In this document: positions 54,729 through 63,727 of the stretch, piece after piece | How the letters are laid out: each line of letters begins with the position of its first letter | Position numbering within the stretch: position 1 is the stretch's first letter | Assembly: GCA_919901555.1 (NCBI GenBank) | Contig: CAKKPG010000082.1 | Location: 4,693 to 68,692 of the forward strand | Reading direction: 5' to 3' | DNA from: Nitrospiria bacterium | GTDB lineage: Bacteria > Nitrospirota > UBA9217 | Length of the DNA stretch: 64,000 nucleotides | Notes under the pieces: model-generated | What the model was told of the DNA's origin: nothing | What the model saw: the letters and a program-made list of their open reading frames with translations, nothing else | Database searches by the model: none | Position numbers and translations under genes: made by a program

Positions 54729-56366
54729 ATGAGAGAGCGCGGCAAGGCCTTTTTCCAGGGGCTCATGAAGATCCTGTCCTGTCTTGCGCGGTCCTCCCGT
54801 GATGCACGGTGCTGCATGGGAAGGCACGGGACAGCGCGCTCCCCGGCCGATGAGACGCTCCAGCACGTGAGCAGCCTCCTCGACAGCGTGACCACGGGGA
54901 TCATCTCGCTCGACGGAAGGGGCCGGATCACCGTTTTCAACAGGGCGGCCGAGAACCTGTTCAACATTTCCCGCTCCTCCGTCCTCGGCACCCCCTTCGG
55001 GGAGGCGGGAAGGCGCCTTGATTTTGACGACCAGGCGCGCCGCGCGCTGTGGGAGAGGCTTTCCGACGCCCTGTGGGCAGCCGGCGCGGCGCGGGACCTT
55101 GAATATGATTTCACCCCGAAGGAGGGCCCCCGGCGGGTCCTCAGCTACAGCGTGCACCCTCTCGGCCGTACGGCGTGGTCCGTGGACAACGGCGTGGTGA
55201 TCTCCTTTGAGGACATTACCCGCAAGAAAGACATGGAGGACCAGGTCTCGGACGCGCGGAAGCGGCTCCAGGCGGTGTTCGACGGCATCACCGACGGCAT
55301 TCAGGTGATCGACGGGGAGTTCCGGATCACGGCCGCGAACAGGTCCATGAATTCCCTGATCGGGCGAAAAGTCGCCGTGGGCTCGCACTGCTTCGAATCG
55401 TGCTTCTTCGGCGCGCGGATCTGCGAGGACTGCCCGGCCACGGAGACCTTTCACGCGGGCCATTCCGCCTCCCTCACCAAAAAACTGACGTTGAAAAAGG
55501 CGGGAACAATGGAAGTTGCCGAGCGGGTAGTGGAGATCAGCACCTTCCCCGTACTGGACCGGGCAGGCAGGGTCGTCCAGGTGGTGGAGTATATCAAGGA
55601 CGTGACCGAGCGGGTCAGGCTTGCGGAACGGCTGGAGCACTCCCGCAGGCTGGCGGAGCTGGGCGAGATGGCGGCGCGGGTGGCCCACGAGGTGCGAAAC
55701 CCCCTGAATGCCATCACCGGCGCGGCCCACTTTCTCTCCACCGAGTACGGAGACGATGAGACCGTCCGGAAGTTCACCAGCCTCATAAATCGTCAGGCCA
55801 CGAGGGTAAATCAGGTGGCCTCGGACCTGCTTGCCGTATCGCGGCCCATGCAGCCCCGGCTCACGGACGTGAACGTCAACGCCGTGCTGGAGCAGACCCT
55901 GGATTCCCTGTGCGGACAGATGCAGGATCACGGCATCACCCTGCAAAGCCGCCTGTCCCCGGACAATCCGGTCATTCGCGCCGATGAACTGCAGATTGAA
56001 CAGGCGCTCCACAACATCCTCCGCAACGCCATCGAGGCCATGCCCGACGGCGGCGCGCTCACGGTGGGCGCACAGCCCGGGGCGGACCGGAAATGGGTGG
56101 ATGTGCATATCCAGGACACGGGGCCCGGTATTCCGGAAAAGGACCGGGAGCGGATATTTCAGTCCTTCTTCACGACGAAGATCAGGGGGACGGGCCTCGG
56201 CCTGACGATCGTCACGCGCGTGCTCAGGAACCACGGCGGGGAGCTCTTCATGGACCAGCCGGAGAGCGGCGGTACGAGGGTCACGGTGCGGCTGCCCGTG
56301 GATGGAGTGCGGAGTATGGAGCAAGCCGACCATGTCGGCGTGGACAGCATAGGGCATAGGGCATAG
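54729..56366 (+). CDS. Cytoplasmic PAS-PAS sensor histidine kinase
   Basis: No TM; two PAS-like segments (second contains CFESCFFGARICEDC); HisKA AHEVRNPLNAI; HATPase GTGLGLTIVTRVLRNHGGELF; start set at first ATG after upstream stop. Confidence 0.8.
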   Translation: MRERGKAFFQGLMKILSCLARSSRDARCCMGRHGTARSPADETLQHVSSLLDSVTTGIISLDGRGRITVFNRAAENLFNISRSSVLGTPFGEAGRRLDFDDQARRALWERLSDALWAAGAARDLEYDFTPKEGPRRVLSYSVHPLGRTAWSVDNGVVISFEDITRKKDMEDQVSDARKRLQAVFDGITDGIQVIDGEFRITAANRSMNSLIGRKVAVGSHCFESCFFGARICEDCPATETFHAGHSASLTKKLTLKKAGTMEVAERVVEISTFPVLDRAGRVVQVVEYIKDVTERVRLAERLEHSRRLAELGEMAARVAHEVRNPLNAITGAAHFLSTEYGDDETVRKFTSLINRQATRVNQVASDLLAVSRPMQPRLTDVNVNAVLEQTLDSLCGQMQDHGITLQSRLSPDNPVIRADELQIEQALHNILRNAIEAMPDGGALTVGAQPGADRKWVDVHIQDTGPGIPEKDRERIFQSFFTTKIRGTGLGLTIVTRVLRNHGGELFMDQPESGGTRVTVRLPVDGVRSMEQADHVGVDSIGHRA

Positions 56367-56431
56367 TGCAGAGAGTATAGACAAGAGGAAATTACTCTAC
56401 CCTATGCTCCATGCGCTCTGCGGATTTTTCC

Positions 56432-57844
56432 ATGATTATGAAGGGTTCTCTTTTAATAGTCGATGACGAGCCGGACATCCTGCTCGTGATGTCGGCCAAC
56501 CTGAAAAAAGAAGGGTACGAGGTCGACACCGCCGAAGACGGCATTGCGGCGCTCAAGAAAGTGGAGGCGCGCGATTACGACGCCATCATCGTGGACCACC
56601 AGATGCCGCGCCTTACCGGCATGGCCTTTCTTGAGCGGCTGCGCGACGGGGATACCCCGGCCGCGGGTCAGCGGGACATCCCGGTCATCGTCGTCACCGC
56701 CTACGGCACCATTGAAATGGCCGTCAAGGCCATGAAGGACGGCGCGTACAGCTACCTCACCAAGCCCATCGAGTACGACGACCTGAGCCGGCAGGTCAAG
56801 AACGCCGTGGAGCGGCGGCGGCTGTCGCGGGAGCTCGAGACCCTCAGGCACGAGGTGGAGGAGAAGTACCAGTTCGGGAACATCCTGGGAAAGAACCCGC
56901 GGATGCACGAGATATTCCAGGTCGTCCGCACCGTGGCCGAAACGGACGCCACCGTCCTCATCCAGGGCGAGAGCGGGACCGGCAAGGAGCTCATCGCCCG
57001 CGCCATCCACTACAACAGCAGGAGAAAGGACCGGCCCTTCGTGGTCGTGAGCTGCTCCGCCCTGCCCGAGACCCTCCTCGAAAGCGAGCTCTTCGGACAC
57101 GAGAAGGGCGCCTTTACCGGCGCCATCCGCCGGCGGATCGGCAGGTTCGAGCACGCCGACGGCGGCACAATATTCCTGGACGAGATCGGCGAGATGACCA
57201 TGCCGGTGCAGCTCAAGCTCCTCCGCGTGCTCCAGGAGCGCGAAGTGGAGCGCGTCGGCGGCAACGAGACGATAAAGGTGGACGTGCGCGTCATTGCCGC
57301 CACGCACAAGGACCTCTTCCGGGCCATACGCGAGCGGAGCTTCCGGGAGGACCTCTTCTACCGGTTGAACGTGGTCCCCATCAAGCTCCCCCCCCTCCGG
57401 GAACGGCTGGACGATGTGCCGCTCCTGGCCTCCCATTTCGTCAAAAAATACTGCGACCGGAACAAAAAGGAGATCATGTCCTTTTCGCCCAAGGCGCTCT
57501 CGCCGCTTGTCCGCTACTCCTTCCCCGGCAACGTGCGCGAACTGGAGAACATCATCGAACGCGCCGTCATCATGGAAAAGGGCGACACCATCCGCCGCAT
57601 CGACCTCGGCCCTCCCGGCGCCGGCGCCGGGCCCGGCCTCGCCCAGCCGGCCCTGGGAGACCTTCAGCCGTTCCCGAAGATGAAGGCGGAATGCGTGGAG
57701 CGCTTCGAGCGGGAGTACCTGTCGCGGGCGCTCAGGATGTACCACGGCAACATCAGCAAGTCGGCCCAGCACGCGGGGATCAACATCAAGAACTTTCATG
57801 AGAAGATGGCGCGGTATGGGTTGAAGAAGGAAGAGTTTAAGTGA
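56432..57844 (+). CDS. Sigma54-dependent response regulator (NtrC family): REC, AAA+ sigma54-activation domain, C-terminal HTH
   Basis: [14 protein letters not shown]; Walker A GESGTGKE; GAFTGA motif (EKGAFTGA); arginine finger region; C-terminal Fis-type HTH. Confidence 0.88.
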   Translation: MIMKGSLLIVDDEPDILLVMSANLKKEGYEVDTAEDGIAALKKVEARDYDAIIVDHQMPRLTGMAFLERLRDGDTPAAGQRDIPVIVVTAYGTIEMAVKAMKDGAYSYLTKPIEYDDLSRQVKNAVERRRLSRELETLRHEVEEKYQFGNILGKNPRMHEIFQVVRTVAETDATVLIQGESGTGKELIARAIHYNSRRKDRPFVVVSCSALPETLLESELFGHEKGAFTGAIRRRIGRFEHADGGTIFLDEIGEMTMPVQLKLLRVLQEREVERVGGNETIKVDVRVIAATHKDLFRAIRERSFREDLFYRLNVVPIKLPPLRERLDDVPLLASHFVKKYCDRNKKEIMSFSPKALSPLVRYSFPGNVRELENIIERAVIMEKGDTIRRIDLGPPGAGAGPGLAQPALGDLQPFPKMKAECVERFEREYLSRALRMYHGNISKSAQHAGINIKNFHEKMARYGLKKEEFK

Positions 57845-58089
57845 TTTTTGTGGACGCTGAATGTTTACCGCTATGCAGCAACAGAAAATTTGTGCAAATT
57901 TTTGTTGACAAATTATGACATCTTTGATAAGGTCACCCGCAGTAAATAAGTCTTACCTGTAGCAGCTTTTCCGTACCCTGTCTTTAACCAGTACAATCAA
58001 TTCTGTTGTTGGACCTGTGCAGTCTGGCAAGATTATTTCAGGTTTCTGCATTTAGCAGTGTCTTAAATATTCTTTGTCGTGGATAGGCA

Positions 58090-58105
58090 TGGAATATTCT
58101 TTGCT
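58090..58105 (+). promoter_or_regulatory. Candidate sigma54 (-24/-12) promoter upstream of NHL-repeat gene
   Basis: TGGaatattcTTTGCt: GG and GC spaced 10 bp as in TGGCAC-N5-TTGCW; ~100 nt upstream of 58208; adjacent to a sigma54 activator gene. Confidence 0.35.
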
Positions 58106-58207
58106 CGCACACGCTTTTTGAACCCTGCTTGCTTTTAAAAAATGATCGTTTCGAGAAGAGCGATACATGCAAGAGAGGTTGTCTCAATAAGAGACTGAGG
58201 GGGTATC

Positions 58208-59278
58208 ATGAAGAACAAACTTTGGATTACTGGGATCGTCATCGCGCTCGCTGTTGTACTTGTCTCGGGTGTAAGCAAAGGAGGGATCAATAGCTCTGAT
58301 CCTGTCGTTACAACCATAGCGGGCGAGAAAATGACCAGCGGTTCTACTGACGGGACCGGAACAGCGGCACGCTTCAACTTCGCCGCCGGCATTACAACAG
58401 ATGGAACCAATCTTTATGTAGCGGATACCTACAACCATACCATTCGCAAAGTCGTCATTTCCACAGCAGAGGTGACGACGCTGGCAGGAACAGCCGGGGT
58501 TTCCGGCTCCACTGATGGAACAGGTGCAGCGGCCCTCTTTAACTATCCTCAAGGCATCACCATGGATGGAACAAACCTTTATATTGCGGACACTAATAAC
58601 TACACGATCCGGAAAGTCGTCATTTCCACAGGAGAGGTCACGACCCTGGCAGGTACGGCAGGCGCCTTCGGCTCCACCGATGAAAGCGGACCGGCTGCAC
58701 GGTTCGGCGCACCTTCTGGCATCACGACGGATGGAACCAGCCTCTATGTTGCGGATACCTGGAATGGGACAATTCGAAAGATCGTCATTTCTACGGGCGA
58801 GGTCACGACCCTGGCAGGTACGGCAGGCGCCTTCGGCTCCGCAGATGGAACAGGGGCAGACGCTCGCTTCAGTTACACCACCGGCATTGCTTCAGATGGA
58901 ACTAACCTTTATGTTGTAGATAATCGTAGCAATACCATTCGGAAAATCGTCATCGCGACCGGAGACGTTACAACATTGGCAGGTACGGCGGGGGTCTCCG
59001 GCTCCACTGATGGAACCGGCTCAGCAGCCTTCTTTTTCAGCCCCCAAGCTATCACCAGGGACGAAACCAACCTTTACGTTGCCGACACGGCAAATCGGAC
59101 CATTCGAAAGATCGTCATTCCAACAGGAGAGGTTACGACCCTGGCAGGAGCAGCGGGTGCTCCCGGATCTACCGATGGCTCTGCTACGGCTGCACGCTTT
59201 GGCGCCCCTTATGGTATCACCACGGATGGAACCAGCCTTTATGTGACGGATAGGGGTACAATTCGCAAGATTCAATGA
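58208..59278 (+). CDS. Secreted NHL-repeat protein, six 55-aa repeats (predicted 6-bladed beta-propeller)
   Basis: N-terminal signal/anchor ITGIVIALAVVLVSG; six tandem units of ...NLYVADTxNxTIRKVVISTGEVTTLAGTAGxxGSTDGTGxAARF..PxGIT.DGT...; 165-bp nucleotide periodicity. Confidence 0.8.
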   Translation: MKNKLWITGIVIALAVVLVSGVSKGGINSSDPVVTTIAGEKMTSGSTDGTGTAARFNFAAGITTDGTNLYVADTYNHTIRKVVISTAEVTTLAGTAGVSGSTDGTGAAALFNYPQGITMDGTNLYIADTNNYTIRKVVISTGEVTTLAGTAGAFGSTDESGPAARFGAPSGITTDGTSLYVADTWNGTIRKIVISTGEVTTLAGTAGAFGSADGTGADARFSYTTGIASDGTNLYVVDNRSNTIRKIVIATGDVTTLAGTAGVSGSTDGTGSAAFFFSPQAITRDETNLYVADTANRTIRKIVIPTGEVTTLAGAAGAPGSTDGSATAARFGAPYGITTDGTSLYVTDRGTIRKIQ

Positions 59279-59333
59279 TTCTATGATGTTATCCCCATGG
59301 AAGCGGCTCCCACTCAATAATGAAGGAGTGATC

Positions 59334-62159
59334 ATGAAAACATACTTTAAACTCAAATTGATAAAAATTTTATTTTTGTTGTCCATTTTGACTTTATTCA
59401 CTCACTTTTGGAGTCCGAATAATTCTTATTCTTGCGGAGGCAGTGAGAGCCAGTGCTCAGCCACTAAGACTGCCTGCGACACGAATTGCCAAACTTCCTA
59501 TGACGCTGCTGTTCAGAGTTGCCATGACAATTGGGATTTAGATCCATGTTTAGCATGGTATTGCCTTACAGTGGATGATGAATGTAGGGCTTGGTACACA
59601 GGTACTTGTCAGCTTAATCTGAGTAATTGTCTAAATGGTAACCTTAATGCCTACAACAGCTGTAAAGCAGCTTGTCAAACTAATTATGATGCATGTGTGA
59701 TTCCCTGTGTGACTATTACGGCCACAGCTGGAAGCAACGGAAGCATTTCACCTTCAGGCGCTGTGAAGGTCCAGCCAGGAACGAACAAGACATTCACGAT
59801 CACACCTAATTCATGCTACCATGTTTCGGATGTAGTTGTAGACGGCGTCTCCGTAGGCGCCAGATCCTCCTACACCTTCTACAACGTAACGACCGACCAT
59901 ACGATATCAGCAAGTTTTGCAATCACCACTTATACCATTACCGCCACCGCGGGCAGCGGAGGAACAATAACACCGCCTTCTGCGACGGTTACTTGCGGCA
60001 GCAGCCAGTGTTTTACAATAACACCGGAGCCCTGCTATCACCTCGTTGATGTCAAGGTTGATGGTGTTTCCAAGGGACCCATAACCAGCTATTGCTTTAC
60101 CAATGTAACGTCGAACCATACAATATCAGCCACCTTCTCTAATACCTATACGGTTAATGTCACAAAATCAGCCGCAAACACAGGAACCGGCACGGTGACA
60201 AGCACACCCGCGGGCATTGCTTGCGGTCCAAACTCTACAAGCTGTGGGGCTTCGTTCCTCCAAGACTGTCCGTCCGCACCCTCTACGGTAACGCTCACTG
60301 CCGCGCCGGTTTTAGACCCGCCGGATTCAGCTTCTGAATTCGCCGGCTGGTCAGGCGCATGCACCGGCACCGGACCGTGTGCGGTGACAATGAATGGCGA
60401 TAAAAAAGTAACAGCCACATTCAATATTCAACCCCCTGTCGCCGCGTTTACTGCATCTCCGACAACAGGGTATGTGCCATATCTGGAGGTCCAATTTACG
60501 AACCAGTCTGTTCGCGCCTGGCCAGCCTGGCTCGATGCAGCTCCCTATACCTATGAATGGGATTTTGGTGACGGGACCCACGATATCAATGAAATACATC
60601 TGAAAAATCCACGACATGTCTATAAAACTATAGGGAACTATACTGTGACCCTTACGGTAAGAAATCCAAATCCTCGCGATGGAGAAGATACGACCTCGAC
60701 AGTTATAACCGTCCTCCCCTGCCCGAATCCCCCAGTGCGGATTGCAGGCGCCACGCCGCAGTATTTCACGACGCTGCAGGCCGCCTACAATGCGGCGGTG
60801 GACGGCGACACCATACAGGCCCTGGCCTTGAATCTCACTGAGAATGTCACTGCCGACCGAAATATCTCCGTGACTTTGAACGGCGGGTATGAATGCGGGT
60901 ATTCGACCCATGTCGGAAACACCCTGCTCCAGGGCATGCTCACGACCAGCGCCGGGACGTTGACTGTCGGAAACCTCGAACTCGTGACAGGCAATGCAGA
61001 GAAGATATATACCATCACGGCGACGAACAGCCTGGGTGGCACCATATCTCCTGCAGGTACGGTGACTGTTGCTGAAGGAGGAAGTGCGACCTTCACCCTG
61101 ACCCCTGACCCCAATTACTTCATCTTCGACGTGTTCGTTGACGGGAATTCCATGGGGCCTGTTGCTACATATACCTTCGCCAACATTGCGGCCAACCATA
61201 CCATTGAGGCGGTCTTTGCAACTAACTATACCATTACAGCCACAGCAGGGCCGAACGGCTCCATATCGCCTTCGGGCGCCACAAACGTAGTCTCCCATTT
61301 TAGCCAGTCGTTTGCGACAACGCCGAATACGGGCTACCACGTGGCGGATATGCTTGTGGACGGCGTGTCAAAGGGCGCTGTAAGTTCCTACACGTTTGAT
61401 GATGTATTGGCCAACCACACCATATCCGCGAGCTTCGCGATCAACACCTATGCCATCACTGCTACTGCTGGTCTGGGTGGAAGTATTTCTCCGTCAGGGG
61501 CAGTATCGGCTACGTATGGAGCAAGCCAGACATTCACCATGACCCCGGACGTAGGGTACCTCATCTTGGATGTGCTGGTCGACGGGGTGTCTGTCGGCGC
61601 TGTGAGCACGTACACCTTTACCGATGTAACGGCGGACCATACGATAAAAGCGATCTTCTCAAGCACGCTTACAGTAACAAAATCAGGCACAGGCTCCGGC
61701 ACAATAACAAGCAGCCCGGCAGGCATCAACTGCGGGACTACATGCACGGCGGAATATATGCAGGGCACCATCATCACGCTTACAGCGACTCCGGATGCCG
61801 GTATGATCTTTGACGGCTGGTCAGGCGGCGGGTGCAGCGGGACAGCGAGTACCTGTACAGTAACCTTGAGCGCCGATACGACCGTCACGGCGACATTCAC
61901 CATGGGCCATGCAAGCATCGCGGGCGTGTATTATCACACGGTCCAGAAAGCGTATGATGCCGCTGCCGACGGAGCCGCCATTCTGGTCCGAGATATGACC
62001 CTTCCCGAAAGTCTCCTCGCGAGTGCGCCCAAAACGGTAAGTCTTGTGGGTGGGTACAATGCTGATTACACAAGCGGGGCTGGCGTGACAACACTCCAAG
62101 GCACGATAACAATCAATGCAGGGACAGTAACTATTAAAAACTTTGTTCTACAAAAGTAA
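59334..62159 (+). CDS. Large secreted surface protein: Cys-rich N-terminal domain, ~8 InlB-B-repeat-like Ig-fold domains, one PKD domain (941 aa)
   Basis: Start moved to ATG 59334 after aaggag; signal peptide MKTYFKLKLIKILFLLSILTLFTHFW; 16 Cys in first ~100 mature residues; repeated TITATAGxxGSISPSGxxxVxxGxxxTFTITPxxGYxxxDVxVDGVSxGAVSSYTF.NVTxNHTIxAxF units; FAGWSGAC.G.GPC and FDGWSGGGCSG.ASTC motifs; PKD signature YEWDFGDGT. Confidence 0.8.
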   Translation: MKTYFKLKLIKILFLLSILTLFTHFWSPNNSYSCGGSESQCSATKTACDTNCQTSYDAAVQSCHDNWDLDPCLAWYCLTVDDECRAWYTGTCQLNLSNCLNGNLNAYNSCKAACQTNYDACVIPCVTITATAGSNGSISPSGAVKVQPGTNKTFTITPNSCYHVSDVVVDGVSVGARSSYTFYNVTTDHTISASFAITTYTITATAGSGGTITPPSATVTCGSSQCFTITPEPCYHLVDVKVDGVSKGPITSYCFTNVTSNHTISATFSNTYTVNVTKSAANTGTGTVTSTPAGIACGPNSTSCGASFLQDCPSAPSTVTLTAAPVLDPPDSASEFAGWSGACTGTGPCAVTMNGDKKVTATFNIQPPVAAFTASPTTGYVPYLEVQFTNQSVRAWPAWLDAAPYTYEWDFGDGTHDINEIHLKNPRHVYKTIGNYTVTLTVRNPNPRDGEDTTSTVITVLPCPNPPVRIAGATPQYFTTLQAAYNAAVDGDTIQALALNLTENVTADRNISVTLNGGYECGYSTHVGNTLLQGMLTTSAGTLTVGNLELVTGNAEKIYTITATNSLGGTISPAGTVTVAEGGSATFTLTPDPNYFIFDVFVDGNSMGPVATYTFANIAANHTIEAVFATNYTITATAGPNGSISPSGATNVVSHFSQSFATTPNTGYHVADMLVDGVSKGAVSSYTFDDVLANHTISASFAINTYAITATAGLGGSISPSGAVSATYGASQTFTMTPDVGYLILDVLVDGVSVGAVSTYTFTDVTADHTIKAIFSSTLTVTKSGTGSGTITSSPAGINCGTTCTAEYMQGTIITLTATPDAGMIFDGWSGGGCSGTASTCTVTLSADTTVTATFTMGHASIAGVYYHTVQKAYDAAADGAAILVRDMTLPESLLASAPKTVSLVGGYNADYTSGAGVTTLQGTITINAGTVTIKNFVLQK

Positions 62160-62191
62160 AATAGAAAATTGAATTAATAAGGAGGAAAAAA

Positions 62192-62545
62192 ATGAAGATG
62201 AAAGTGTTGATTTTGATGGTAGGCTTACTGCTCATAGGGGGCAATCTGTACGCGGCAAATGGGGATCTCATCGTGAATGGAAATCTCGGTGTCGGCACGA
62301 CGACTCCTCAAGCAAAACTTCACGTAGCCGGCTCGATAAAGGCTGATACTGGGACGCTTGTTTATCTGTGCCCAGTAATGCCGGTACTACCGTCGGCTAA
62401 TCTAGCCCCATGCACAACGCTGTGCGTCGGTCAATTAACCACTGCATCTAGCTGTCAATATTCGACTCCGAATAGCGATTGGACTTCCTGCTCCGGCTTA
62501 ACAAGTGCAGCCTGCCAACCAGTCGGGCGTCTAATAATTCAGTGA
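62192..62545 (+). CDS. Small secreted Cys-rich protein (117 aa)
   Basis: RBS aaggagg; signal peptide MKMKVLILMVGLLLIGGNLYA; NGNLGVGTTTPQAKLHVAG motif; 7 Cys in the C-terminal half. Confidence 0.6.
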   Translation: MKMKVLILMVGLLLIGGNLYAANGDLIVNGNLGVGTTTPQAKLHVAGSIKADTGTLVYLCPVMPVLPSANLAPCTTLCVGQLTTASSCQYSTPNSDWTSCSGLTSAACQPVGRLIIQ

Positions 62546-62707
62546 AGTCTAATGGCGCAGGTCCCTGTGTTTAGTTTGAAGGTTGGGCATGATTCTAATG
62601 CCCAACATATAAGGATTTACTGAAAAATAGTTGATGCGCTATCGTCGTTTGCAAACGCCGGGGGCCACATTCTTTTTACGGTGGTAACCTATGAAGCAGA
62701 ACAATTT

Positions 62708-62745
62708 CCGGAATGCCCTGCCAATTGTGCAGGGCATGTTTTTTG
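62708..62745 (+). repeat. Terminator-like hairpin repeat, copy 1 (upstream of brnT)
   Basis: ccggaatgccctgccaattgtgcagggcatgtttttt: stem gccctgc/gcagggc followed by a T-run. Confidence 0.7.
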
Positions 62746-62893
62746 TGCACTATTTCATGGCTATGTTGAATGCGGCCATGATGTGCCACAGTGCTGCGAT
62801 GGTGCGATGAAAAAAAGTACCGCACAACCGTATCGCGGCCTCAGGGGCCCGCCATCCGCAGCCTTGGCTTATCCCAGGGCAGGAACAAAACTG

Positions 62894-62932
62894 TTGACAG
62901 TCGGCGAAATAAGTAATACTATGTATTACTCT
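62894..62932 (+). promoter_or_regulatory. brnTA promoter with overlapping palindromic operator
   Basis: TTGACA (62894-62899), 17 bp spacer, TACTAT (62917-62922); perfect palindrome agtaatac-tat-gtattact spanning the -10. Confidence 0.6.
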
Positions 62933-62952
62933 TCCTCTCCGCGGAGCTGCTC

Positions 62953-63228
62953 GTGAACATACGGGATTTTGAGTGGGACGAAGGAAACGCGGTGCATCTC
63001 GAACTCGGTCACGGAGTGACGCTGGAGGAGGCTGAGGAGGTTTTTGCCGTTCAGCCCCTGTTCCGAAAGACGAAAAAGGGACATTATGTTGCCATGGGGC
63101 CGACGCAGGAAGGCCGGTATCTGGTGATTGTCTTCGAGATAAAGGCAAGCGGCCTGGCACGGGTGATTACCGGATGGGACATGATGAAGGCGGAGATTCG
63201 CTATTGGCATAAGCAGAAGCGAAAATGA
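62953..63228 (+). CDS. brnT: BrnT toxin (type II TA ribonuclease, DUF497 family)
   Basis: GTG start; FEWDEGNAVHLELGHGVTLEEAEEVF matches the BrnT N-terminal signature; 91 aa. Confidence 0.8.
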   Translation: MNIRDFEWDEGNAVHLELGHGVTLEEAEEVFAVQPLFRKTKKGHYVAMGPTQEGRYLVIVFEIKASGLARVITGWDMMKAEIRYWHKQKRK

Positions 63229-63249
63229 GCCGCCAGAGGGGTGCTGAGA

Positions 63250-63540
63250 ATGAAAACAGGGAAGAAAAAAAGAAAACTGAGTGATGCCGAATACTACGAT
63301 GCGCACGGCGTCCTGGGAGAGCTCGTGGATGATGACGCTGTGCTGAGCCTTGATGAATCGCTCAAGGAGGACATTCTCTCCGGGAAAAGAAGGCGAAATC
63401 TCCGAAATATTACGATCAAGATCAATCCGCTGTATCTTGTCTCCATCAAGAAGGTCGCCACGATGAAAGGCATCCCCTATCAGACGCTCGTCCGGCAATG
63501 GTTTGCGGAAAAAATCAAGAAAGAGCTTAAGATCGCGTAG
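63250..63540 (+). CDS. brnA: BrnA antitoxin
   Basis: C-terminal IPYQTLVRQWFAEKI typical of BrnA; downstream of brnT as in characterised BrnTA pairs; start at ATG 63250 after agaggggtg. Confidence 0.75.
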   Translation: MKTGKKKRKLSDAEYYDAHGVLGELVDDDAVLSLDESLKEDILSGKRRRNLRNITIKINPLYLVSIKKVATMKGIPYQTLVRQWFAEKIKKELKIA

Positions 63541-63688
63541 TGTCCGACAGCGTCTCTTAACAGAACGCCACGCACTTTCGGGACATCGTTACATACGTTG
63601 CGTAAGTTATAAAAGCTCACGATGAGAAAGATGCGAGACGATCCAGGAGTCTGACTTAAATTGTTGAGCTTTTTAAACGGGATGTTTG

Positions 63689-63727
63689 CCGGAATGCCCT
63701 GCCAAGTGTGCAGGGCATTTTTTTATA
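63689..63727 (+). repeat. Terminator-like hairpin repeat, copy 2 (downstream of brnA)
   Basis: ccggaatgccctgccaagtgtgcagggcattttttt; 38/39 identical to 62708-62745. Confidence 0.7.

Noticed and set aside
58208-62159. CRISPR array suggested by regular repeats
   Set aside because: The periodicities (165 bp and ~210 bp) are in-frame coding repeats of protein domains, not short repeat-spacer units; no cas genes
62681-62956. 91-aa + ORF (MVTYEAEQFPECPANCAGH...)
   Set aside because: It overlaps the hairpin repeat and the brnTA promoter/operator; no RBS; composition inconsistent with neighbours
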